Positions 56,263-64,000 of a DNA stretch of 64,000 nucleotides are shown piece after piece. The notes under the pieces are model-generated. The model saw only the letters and a program-made list of their open reading frames with translations. It ran no database searches and was not told the DNA's origin. Both the position numbers and the translations under genes were made by a program. The stretch's first letter is position 1. Each line of letters begins with the position of its first letter. Origin of the DNA: an uncultured Candidatus Saccharibacteria bacterium (lineage in GTDB: Bacteria > Patescibacteriota > Doudnabacteria > UBA920); contig CAZLNP010000005.1 in the NCBI GenBank assembly GCA_964561085.1, positions 3,151-67,150 of the forward strand. Direction: 5' to 3'.

Positions 56263-56628
56263 ATGGAGAATGATCAAGAATTTGTTGAATACATCATCAA
56301 AGCGTTAGTAGATAACCCGGCAGATGTTCGCACAGATCGCACAGTTGATGAAATGGGTGTATTAATTACACTACACATCAATCCTGCAGACATGGGTCAA
56401 GTTATTGGCCGTATGGGTCAAACAGCAAAAGCTGTTCGCACCCTTCTACGCGTAGTTGGTGCTAAACACAAGGCTCGTGTTAACTTGAAGATTGATGAAC
56501 CAGAAGGTTCTCACCGTGGCCCTCGTCGTGAATACGGCGATCGCAACAACACTCCTGCAAGCGATAACTCTCAGGAAGTACATCCTGCAGAAGCTACCGC
56601 TCCAGACATGGACGACTTCAAGCTTTAA
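56263..56628 (+). CDS. KH-domain RNA-binding protein (YlqC-like) with C-terminal basic/acidic tail
   Basis: KH core VIGRMGQTAKAVRTLL. Canonical position between rpsP and trmD. Terminator at 56640..56673. Confidence 0.75.
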   Translation: MENDQEFVEYIIKALVDNPADVRTDRTVDEMGVLITLHINPADMGQVIGRMGQTAKAVRTLLRVVGAKHKARVNLKIDEPEGSHRGPRREYGDRNNTPASDNSQEVHPAEATAPDMDDFKL

Positions 56629-56686
56629 TCTAAAGATAAAAACCAAACCCGCGCTTTATTGCGGGTTTTGTTTTATAATTAACAGT

Positions 56687-56995
56687 ATGAGTGAAAGGTC
56701 TACAAAATTCCGAAAATGGATATTAAGCTTGTACTGGTTGTACTTTTTTTATCATTTAATTCGCGATATACTGCAAATCTATCATGTTGATTCTTTCTTG
56801 ACTACAATAGCATCGCGCAGTAATCATCAATGGTGCAGAGGTGATATCAACTACTGTAGTTATATAACTTTTCCAGTTGAACTTTTTGCCTTAATTGCGA
56901 TTCCTTTAATTTGGAATAGGCCTAGAGTAGGGACTGTCGAAGTCTTAGTTTATATAACTTTTCCTTTGTTAGTATTAATGTGGGTGTTGCCATAA
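56687..56995 (+). CDS. small membrane protein, hypothetical (occupies the position where rimM usually lies)
   Basis: 102 aa with 2–3 hydrophobic helices. No PRC-barrel/RimM features. Confidence 0.4.
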   Translation: MSERSTKFRKWILSLYWLYFFYHLIRDILQIYHVDSFLTTIASRSNHQWCRGDINYCSYITFPVELFALIAIPLIWNRPRVGTVEVLVYITFPLLVLMWVLP

Positions 56996-56998
56996 AAT

Positions 56999-57712
56999 AT
57001 GAAAAAGAGAATATCCGTTTCAATAATCACTTTATTTCCTGAGTTCATCGACCAGTACGCTGGGTTCGGTATCATTGCTCGGGCAATTAAGAATAAACTT
57101 TTAAAAATAAGTGCAGTGAACCTGCGCCGTTTTGCTATTGATAAACGAGGGACTGTAGATGACAGACCTTACGGCGGTGGACTTGGAATGGTGCTTCGCC
57201 CTGATGTTGTGATTAAAGCAATCAACAAGCTTCGTGGCCGTCCTTCTACTAAAAAAACGCGAGTAGTTCTTATGACACCGCAAGGAAAACCTTTTACTCA
57301 AGCAATCGCTCGAAAGCTTTCCACCTATGATCATATTGTTTTTGTTTCTGGTCGCTACGAAGGCTTCGATGAACGAGTTCGTAAATTTGTAGATGAAGAA
57401 ATTTCCATTGGTGATTATGTTTTAATGGGCGGCGAAATTCCGGCGTTGGTAATAACAGAAGCAGTACTCCGCTTGGTACCTGGAGTTTTGGGTAAAGATG
57501 ATTCCGCAGATAAAGAAAGTTTTACAGAATCGATGCTAGAGTTCCCACAATACACTAAGCCCGAAGTTTTGGAAGTAAAAGTAAATGGCAAAGTTAAGAA
57601 AATGCCCGTGCCAAAAGTTTTGCTGAGTGGGCATCATTTAAATATTGAAAAGTGGCGCGCGGAAGAGGCTATTAGTCGTACGCAAAAGCGTCGTCCAGAT
57701 TTACTGAAATAA
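56999..57712 (+). CDS. trmD: tRNA (guanine37-N1)-methyltransferase
   Basis: SPOUT knot motifs: ISVSIITLFPEF, GRYEGFDERV, DYVLMGGEIPALV. Confidence 0.9.
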   Translation: MKKRISVSIITLFPEFIDQYAGFGIIARAIKNKLLKISAVNLRRFAIDKRGTVDDRPYGGGLGMVLRPDVVIKAINKLRGRPSTKKTRVVLMTPQGKPFTQAIARKLSTYDHIVFVSGRYEGFDERVRKFVDEEISIGDYVLMGGEIPALVITEAVLRLVPGVLGKDDSADKESFTESMLEFPQYTKPEVLEVKVNGKVKKMPVPKVLLSGHHLNIEKWRAEEAISRTQKRRPDLLK

Positions 57713-58654
57713 ATGCCACAACATAAATTTACAGTTGAAGATTTAAAAACACGTTTAGATAAATTTCTCGCAGAGAATTTGTCGGATTTGTCGCGTGGAA
57801 AAATTCAGAAAGACATAGAAGCTGGCGCGGTGAAGGTGAATGGCTTGGTAAAAGATTCGACAAAGTTCCCAGTGCGCAAAGATGACGTTGTGGAATACGA
57901 ACCAATTAAAGCCGATGAACACGGGCCTGTTAATATACCTATCCACACTTTATACAACAACCACGGGTTATTAATTTTAGATAAGCCAGCAGGACTTGCA
58001 GTACATCCAGGCGCAGGTTTCAAAGGGGATTCCTTAGCACAGGCGCTGTTGTATCATTTTAAAGATATTCACCTTGTAGGCGAAGAGGGTCGGAGCGGTA
58101 TAGTTCATAGACTAGATAAAGACACTAGTGGGGTGATGATGGTTGCCCTAACCCCAGAGATGTATGACCACTTAAAAGATGCTTTCCTAGAACGCAAGGT
58201 GCGAAAAGAATATTTTGCCTTAGTTAAGGGTAGAATTGATGAAAAGCACGGTAAAATTGACCTCCCTTTGGGTAAAAGTCAGAAAGATTTCCGTAAATAT
58301 ACTACAAATACAGCAGATATGGTCCGCGAAAAGCCATCTTTGACTGAGTACTGGGTAGAGCAGTATTATACTGCCGAAACTAAGGACGGGGTTGACTTTT
58401 ATACCCAAATTAAGGTAAAATTGCATACAGGTAGGACGCATCAGATTCGCGTCCATTTTTCCGCCCTCGGCTTTCCATTAGTAGGAGATGAACTCTACGG
58501 TGGCAAGAAAGTAATGAAGCTTGGTCTGCAAAGGCAATTCCTTCATTCTAAAAAGATTGAAGTGCAATTACCTGACCAACAATGGATTGAAGCAGAAGCA
58601 GAAATCCCTAAAGACTTGAAAGAAATTTTATCTAATTTAAAGAAATCTAACTAG
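57713..58654 (+). CDS. rluD: RluA-family pseudouridine synthase (RluD-like, S4 domain + catalytic HRLDKDTSG)
   Basis: S4-like N-terminus. Catalytic Asp motif [15 protein letters not shown]. Confidence 0.8.
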   Translation: MPQHKFTVEDLKTRLDKFLAENLSDLSRGKIQKDIEAGAVKVNGLVKDSTKFPVRKDDVVEYEPIKADEHGPVNIPIHTLYNNHGLLILDKPAGLAVHPGAGFKGDSLAQALLYHFKDIHLVGEEGRSGIVHRLDKDTSGVMMVALTPEMYDHLKDAFLERKVRKEYFALVKGRIDEKHGKIDLPLGKSQKDFRKYTTNTADMVREKPSLTEYWVEQYYTAETKDGVDFYTQIKVKLHTGRTHQIRVHFSALGFPLVGDELYGGKKVMKLGLQRQFLHSKKIEVQLPDQQWIEAEAEIPKDLKEILSNLKKSN

Positions 58655-58655
58655 T

Positions 58656-59075
58656 ATGCCAACTATAAAAAATTTAAGAGCAGAACAGTTGAAAGAATGG
58701 CCAAACTTTGAAGTTGGTAATACTGTTAAAGTACACAACCGCATTAAAGAAGGTGGTAAAGAACGTATTCAGATTTTTGAAGGCGTTGTTATCGCTCGTA
58801 AGGGTGGTAAAGGTACAAACGCAACTTTCATGGTTCGCAAGATTGCTTCCGGTGTTGGCGTTGAACGTATTTACCCTCTACACTCTCCAAACATTGCTAA
58901 GATCGAAGTATCTAAAGATGATACAGTTCGCCAAGCAAAGATTTATTACATTCGTGAAAAGCGTGATAATACTCCTCGCACACGTCGCAAGATTGTCATC
59001 ACTAAAAAGATGAAAGAAGCTGCAGCAAAGAAAGAAGCTGCTAAGAAAACAGCTAAGACTGAAGAAGTAGCTTAA
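58656..59075 (+). CDS. rplS: 50S ribosomal protein L19 with Lys/Ala-rich tail
   Basis: [32 protein letters not shown] matches L19. Terminator at 59084..59112. Confidence 0.9.
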   Translation: MPTIKNLRAEQLKEWPNFEVGNTVKVHNRIKEGGKERIQIFEGVVIARKGGKGTNATFMVRKIASGVGVERIYPLHSPNIAKIEVSKDDTVRQAKIYYIREKRDNTPRTRRKIVITKKMKEAAAKKEAAKKTAKTEEVA

Positions 59076-59240
59076 TACGAATTCCCAAACACCTCGAAAG
59101 GGGTGTTTTTGTTTGTGTCAAAGTAGAATTGACATCTCTAAATATTGGGAGCATTATATAAGCAACATCTGATTTTCGGGATGGACGTTAGAGTGGCGGA
59201 ATTTATATAATTGGGAAACCAACATAGTAGGAGGATAACT

Positions 59241-60038
59241 GTGAGCAAAGACTTATATGATTTAGCAAGGCGCATTTATGGCGCTACAAATGTATTGTTC
59301 GTTTATGCAGGAGATCGTTTCGAGATTTCTGCTGGCGACTCGGGGATCAAATTGATGCCGTTAAAGGCAGATATTTGCTCAAAAGAATTTTTTCGACAGT
59401 TAAAAGCACAGAAAGATGGAGTTTCAACGCTTTGTGTGCTGCGCGAAGATTTGTGCACCTGTTTTATGCAGGATGTTGAGAAAATATGGAACTTAGGAAT
59501 TAGGAATATATTTTGTTATGATAATGTATTCCAAATGTATTGTGATGTATTCCAAATGTTTGACTTCTCGAGTTTTACTATCGAGAAAAAGAAAATTCGA
59601 TATCAAGAAGGTCGATCAATTACTTTTGCCCCTTCCAGAAATTCTCCAAATGTTCGTGTCGGTGCAATTAACGATATTACCGCAAAAGTGCGGGAACATT
59701 TAGACGATTTCCACGGCATGCCTGCGTGGCTGGTCGCTCAGAAAATGCTCGATCTGCATCCCGGAATTAACATTGAGTTCCATGTATGGGCTCAAGCAAT
59801 AAGACAAGTAAGAGGGCAGGAGACTATGGCTAAATTTCCCCTGCTTCACGAACTCGTGAGTTGGATTATCCAGGAAAGCTCTCGTGAAGGGCTTGTCTTG
59901 GATTTCAGCGAAGAGAAGTCTTATGAAGATTTGCTCTCCATGTGCTTAATACACATTAAATTAAGTAAGACTTATTTGAATGTAAAGAACCTGAAAAAGG
60001 TTGTTGGGCATATTCAAAAGGAATCCGTTTTAGTTTAG
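59241..60038 (+). CDS. hypothetical protein
   Basis: GTG start 7 nt after an AGGAGG RBS. Contains an in-frame 16-nt tandem duplication (VFQMY/VFQMF). Confidence 0.5.
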   Translation: MSKDLYDLARRIYGATNVLFVYAGDRFEISAGDSGIKLMPLKADICSKEFFRQLKAQKDGVSTLCVLREDLCTCFMQDVEKIWNLGIRNIFCYDNVFQMYCDVFQMFDFSSFTIEKKKIRYQEGRSITFAPSRNSPNVRVGAINDITAKVREHLDDFHGMPAWLVAQKMLDLHPGINIEFHVWAQAIRQVRGQETMAKFPLLHELVSWIIQESSREGLVLDFSEEKSYEDLLSMCLIHIKLSKTYLNVKNLKKVVGHIQKESVLV

Positions 60039-60056
60039 TCTTCTGTTTCAAACAGA

Positions 60057-60105
60057 AAAGCCGGTTGTGCAAACACGTTTTGCATCAACCGGCTCTTTTT
60101 TATGA
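60057..60105. terminator. bidirectional Rho-independent terminator (long hairpin)
   Basis: aaaagccggttg...caaccggctctttttt between convergent genes. Confidence 0.7.
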
Positions 60106-60114
60106 GAAATTACT

Positions 60115-60726
60115 CTATGAAACGGAATTACTATCCCATTTATCCATAAATAATTTGGAAGCTGTTGCCTCAACGTCGTTCCAATTTAAATTTTTGAAGA
60201 ATGTTTCAATATAGTCTGCTCTGGCGACGCCGTAGTCTATCATGTAGGCGTGTTCGTAAACATCCAGCGCTACAAGAGGGGTAGCATGCCAAATTGGAAA
60301 GGCGTCGTGAGCATCTCCTAAGTAGTTGAAGATGCTACCATTCTGCCAGTCAAATGCAAACCATACCCAGCCACGAGCAGCTATTCCAGTAGCTTTCATG
60401 TCGGCCACCCAGTTCTCGTAAGAACCAAAAGTCTTTTCTATTTCTCCAGCAATCCAACCGGTCGGTTTAGCCCCATTACCGGAAAGATTTTGGAAATAAA
60501 GTTCATGGCTCTTTATACCGTTAACTGCAAAAGAGTAACCCATTTTTAGTGATCGCAATTCAGACTGAGTTGCGTTAGCTGTGCTCAAGTCAACGGTCTT
60601 AAGTTTTTCTTGAATCTCGTTAGCTTTTTTAACATAGCCTTCGTAGAGTTTGTAGTGCTCGCCCATTAAACGTTCAGACATTCCGTCTATCCCGTTAATA
60701 GATTCGAATTGTTTTGCTTCAAACAT
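60115..60726 (-). CDS. sod: Fe/Mn-family superoxide dismutase
   Basis: C-terminal DVYEHAYMIDYG..RADYIETFFKNLNWNDV and N-domain FQNLSGNGAKPTG. Only one His in the usual first-ligand HH.KHH region. Confidence 0.75.
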   Translation of the reverse strand: MFEAKQFESINGIDGMSERLMGEHYKLYEGYVKKANEIQEKLKTVDLSTANATQSELRSLKMGYSFAVNGIKSHELYFQNLSGNGAKPTGWIAGEIEKTFGSYENWVADMKATGIAARGWVWFAFDWQNGSIFNYLGDAHDAFPIWHATPLVALDVYEHAYMIDYGVARADYIETFFKNLNWNDVEATASKLFMDKWDSNSVS

Positions 60727-60736
60727 GAGTTTGTTT

Positions 60737-61333
60737 TTAATTCTTACCTAAAGTTTTGTCGCCTTTTTTCCAGTTAGCTGGGCAACGTTCGCCAGTTTGC
60801 AATGCTTCAACCACACGAAGTGTTTCCGCTGTGTTGCGACCTACGCCGCCATCTGAAACAAGGGCATAACGTAGCACGCCTTCTGGATCGATAATGAAAG
60901 TTCCACGTTGGGAAGCGCCATCATCATCAAGAACGTTGTAAATATCGGAAAGCTCTTGAGTTGTGTCGGCAATAATAGGGTACTTGATGTCCTTCAGGCG
61001 ATCATCAGTTTCGTACCAAGCTTTGTGAGAATGTTCGCTATCTGTGCTTGCCGCAATTACTTCACAGTTCAAAGCTTTAAACGCTTCGTAGTGTTCGCCG
61101 AATTCTTGAATTTCAGTTGGACAGATGAAAGTGAAATCTCTTGGATAGAAAAACAGTACTAGCCACTTTCCAGCGTAATCACTTAGAGAAGCTTTTTTAA
61201 ATTCACCAACATGATAAGTCGTCATGTCGTCGAAGACTGGTGCGGGTTGGCCAACTTGTGGGCCAAAGCCATAGCTCCCATCGTAGCCAAAGTTTTCGTC
61301 TAATCCGCAGGAGTCACAGTTGCAATCGTGCAT
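60737..61333 (-). CDS. 2-Cys peroxiredoxin (AhpC/Tsa family) with Cys-rich N-terminal extension
   Basis: GQPAPVF...WLVLFFYPRDFTFICPTEI peroxidatic Cys motif. N-terminal MHDCNCDSCGLDENFGYDG. Confidence 0.85.
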   Translation of the reverse strand: MHDCNCDSCGLDENFGYDGSYGFGPQVGQPAPVFDDMTTYHVGEFKKASLSDYAGKWLVLFFYPRDFTFICPTEIQEFGEHYEAFKALNCEVIAASTDSEHSHKAWYETDDRLKDIKYPIIADTTQELSDIYNVLDDDGASQRGTFIIDPEGVLRYALVSDGGVGRNTAETLRVVEALQTGERCPANWKKGDKTLGKN

Positions 61334-61491
61334 AAAAATCCTTTCAAAGGTTAATAGTTTATATATTCAGTTTACGCTTTGGAGCGCTATTAATCAAATA
61401 AAAAGCCGCCCTTTTTGGGCGACTTTTATACAAGTAGCTTGGCTCGACACCATTACTTAAATATTACCATTGTTGGTAATAAAGTCAATCC

Positions 61492-61561
61492 TGGTGGACC
61501 TGTGGGGAATCGAACCCCGAACATTCTGGTGTCGACCCAAATATTGCTACCTGCCAGGCCC
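61492..61561 (-). ncRNA. atypical 70-nt tRNA-like gene (canonical acceptor/T arm, reduced D arm, loop GUCGACA)
   Basis: Acceptor GGGCCTG/CAGGTCC with G3·U70. T arm GGGG-TTCGATT-CCCC. Discriminator A plus CCA. Only 35 nt between the acceptor and T arm. Terminator hairpin at 61394..61420 on the same strand. Confidence 0.45.
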
Positions 61562-61869
61562 ACTATATTTACTATAGTTATGTACCGATAAAGTCCATGT
61601 AAATTTTCCCTGAAGTTTTGCTGAATTTAATTTGTTTGACCAACTTCTTAGAAAGTGGTACAGTAAAGCCATAAAATCAATTTTAAATTTCCGTTACAGG
61701 TTAAGGCAAATTCACTGAATTTCACGAAAATGCGACTAATTTCAACTTTTTCTACGTTAGAAACCACAACCAGCTCAAACACTCTCGCACTCGAATAATC
61801 ACGAGCTAGTTTTTCGCATACAATCAAATTCACTAATCAGCCTTACTCCAGTGCGGATGTAAGGTATTT

Positions 61870-63414
61870 ATGTTATTTATATATTTAATCATTGGAGCTG
61901 TGGTAGGTCTTGTGGCTGGCTACTTCATCCGCCAAAACTTGGCGTCCAAAAAGGTATCTGGTGCGGAGAGTCGCGCTGAGAAAATCTTGGAAGATGCTAA
62001 GAACAAAGAAAAAGAAATTCTACTTGAGGCGAAGGCTAACGCTATTGAAATTACAGATAGCGCAAAAAAAGCTGAGGCTGATTTCCGCGCTCAAATCGTA
62101 CGCTTTGAAGAACGCATCGATAGAAAAGAAAAAGATTTAGACCAAAAAGCTAATCACTTAGATCAAAAGAGCAACGATTTAGACAAACGCGCAGAAACTT
62201 TGCGTGCGACTGAAGAAGAAATCAAAGAGTTAAAGACTCAGCAATTAGCTAAGTTAGAAAAGATTGCAGGTTTAACCCGCGAAGAAGCCGCAAAAGTTTT
62301 GATGGAAAATGCAGAAAAGGGTATTTCTGAAGAAATGCTTAAATTGCATCGTAAACTTTTGAATGAAGCTCATGAAACTGCTGAGCGTGAAGCTCGTAAG
62401 ATTGTAGCTCAAGCAATCGAACGTATTGCAACCGAAGTGACTGCAGAAACTACTACTACAACAGTAATGATTCCTTCAGAAGAAATGAAGGGTCGTATTA
62501 TTGGTAAAGAAGGTCGCAACATCCGTGCCTTTGAACAACTCATGGGTGTTGAAATCTTAATTGATGACTCACCAGACACAGTTGTGATCTCCGGTTTCAA
62601 CTCTATCCGCCGCCACATTGCTAAACTTACTTTAGACAAACTGCTGGTTGATGGGCGTATTCATCCTGCTCGTATTGAAGAAGCTTATGAAAAGAGCAAA
62701 GGTGAAATTAATGAACAGATTAAGAAAGCTGGAGAAGATACTGTTTACGAATTGGGCATTACTAATTTCCCACCTAAACTTGTTCACTTGGTAGGCCGTT
62801 TGCTTTACCGTACTTCCTACGGCCAAAACATCTTGAAGCACTCTACTGAGATGGCTAAGGTCGCGGCTTTAATTGCCGAAGACTTAGGTGCAGACGTATC
62901 TATAGTTAAGCAAGGTGCTTTGCTCCATGACATTGGAAAGGCTTTGGACCAAGATATGGAAGGAACTCACGTTGAAATTGGTGCTCGTATTGCAACAAAG
63001 TTTGGTTTAGATCCTCGTGTTATTGAAGCGATTGAGTCTCATCACCATGATACAGACGTTTCTGAACATGCTAATGCTCACGCACCGCTTTCTATTGAAG
63101 CGATGATCGTAGACGCAGCTGACGGAATTTCTGGATCTCGTCCAGGTGCTCGCAAAGACAGCTTCGAAAATTATGTGAAGCGTTTGGGTGACTTGGAAGA
63201 TATTGCCAACTCATTCGAAGGAGTAGAAAAGACTTACGCCATTCAAGGTGGTCGTGAACTTCGTGTGTTCGTAACCCCAAATGCATTAGATGATTACGCT
63301 TGTCAGAAGTTGGCTCGCGAAATTGCTAACCGTTTGGAAACTGAACTGAAGTTCCCAGGTGAAATCCGCGTGCACGTAATCCGTGACTTTAGAGTAATTG
63401 AGTATGCTCGATAA
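61870..63414 (+). CDS. rny: ribonuclease Y
   Basis: N-terminal TM helix, coiled-coil, KH domain (IGKEGRNIRAFEQLMGV), HD domain (HSTEMAKVAALIAEDLG...HDIGK). Confidence 0.9.
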   Translation: MLFIYLIIGAVVGLVAGYFIRQNLASKKVSGAESRAEKILEDAKNKEKEILLEAKANAIEITDSAKKAEADFRAQIVRFEERIDRKEKDLDQKANHLDQKSNDLDKRAETLRATEEEIKELKTQQLAKLEKIAGLTREEAAKVLMENAEKGISEEMLKLHRKLLNEAHETAEREARKIVAQAIERIATEVTAETTTTTVMIPSEEMKGRIIGKEGRNIRAFEQLMGVEILIDDSPDTVVISGFNSIRRHIAKLTLDKLLVDGRIHPARIEEAYEKSKGEINEQIKKAGEDTVYELGITNFPPKLVHLVGRLLYRTSYGQNILKHSTEMAKVAALIAEDLGADVSIVKQGALLHDIGKALDQDMEGTHVEIGARIATKFGLDPRVIEAIESHHHDTDVSEHANAHAPLSIEAMIVDAADGISGSRPGARKDSFENYVKRLGDLEDIANSFEGVEKTYAIQGGRELRVFVTPNALDDYACQKLAREIANRLETELKFPGEIRVHVIRDFRVIEYAR

Positions 63415-63457
63415 AGAGACGCGCTTCTCTAAATAATTGCGCTTAGAAATAATTGTT

Positions 63458-64000
63458 AATGTCTAAAATTTTAATCATCGGAGACATAATGGGAAGACCT
63501 GGGCGACACGCGTTAGCTCAGGTTTTGCCTATGTGGAAAGAAGAATACAACTACGATGTCTCCATTGCCAACGTTGAGAACTTGGCGCACGGTCGCGGCA
63601 TCACTCCAAACACAATTGCAGAGCTAGAAGCTTTAGGCTTTGATGCTTACACTTCCGGGAACCACGTATTCGAAACTGGCCCCCATGCACAAGAATGTTT
63701 CGACAAATACGATAAAATCATTCGCCCTCAAAACTATACTGCAGACGTGCCCGGTTTGGGTTACTACCGATTTGCAAAAAACGGCCAGCAGTACTTGGTA
63801 ATCAATATTGCAGGAAGACTGTTTATGGACCCAATGAACAAATACAGTGCGTCTAATCCATTTTTCGCTATGGATCAATTAATTCAAGATCAATCTCAAA
63901 AAGATGATATAATTATTGTAGACATGCACGCAGAAGCAACGGGTGAGAAAGTGGCGATGGGGTGGCATCTCGATGGTCGCGCGACAATTATGTATGGAAC
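63458..64000 (+). CDS. ymdB: YmdB-like metallophosphoesterase (2',3'-cyclic-nucleotide phosphodiesterase family), C-terminally truncated by window end
   Basis: ILIIGDIMGRPGR, NVENLAHGRGIT, GNHVFE and DMHAEATGEK motifs. Usual neighbour of rny. Confidence 0.8.

Noticed and set aside
60115-60726. Considered calling the SOD a pseudogene because the first canonical metal-ligand His pair is not obvious.
   Set aside because: The full-length intact ORF keeps the other three ligand positions and the diagnostic C-terminal DVYEHAYxIDY motif. A shifted or alternative His (EHY) is plausible, so the gene was kept as functional.

Overview
This is a 64 kb segment of a low-GC bacterial chromosome, densely packed with short genes. 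Core information-processing genes are present: infB, rbfA, recA, ftsK, ftsH, smc-like, rnc, rny, and a rpsP–KH–trmD–rluD-like–rplS block. There are ten tRNA genes or tRNA-like genes, many Rho-independent terminators, and several sigma70-consensus promoters. The gene content and architecture suggest a small-genome, possibly Patescibacteria/CPR-like organism; this is an inference only. Standout content, in window order: (1) three consecutive minus-strand genes that each carry a copy of the same ~100–150 bp upstream leader element; (2) a cupin / methyltransferase / stand-alone GTP cyclohydrolase II / methyltransferase operon with a palindromic operator; (3) a tRNA cluster in which tRNA-Phe(GAA) is split in its anticodon loop by a 214-nt group I intron with recognisable P/Q/R/S core and IGS, next to an HTH/endonuclease-like ORF; (4) a 650-bp noncoding island with multiple hairpins that is a candidate structured RNA; (5) a tandem array of seven paralogous genes sharing a C-terminal two-helix membrane hairpin (TrbC/VirB2-pilin-like) with hypervariable ectodomains, directly downstream of a lipoprotein solute-binding protein; (6) a ~6 kb insertion inside the otherwise conserved rpsP–KH–trmD–rplS operon, carrying a secreted metzincin, a 1131-aa surface protein and two flanking paralogous small membrane proteins; (7) an atypical 70-nt tRNA-like gene.
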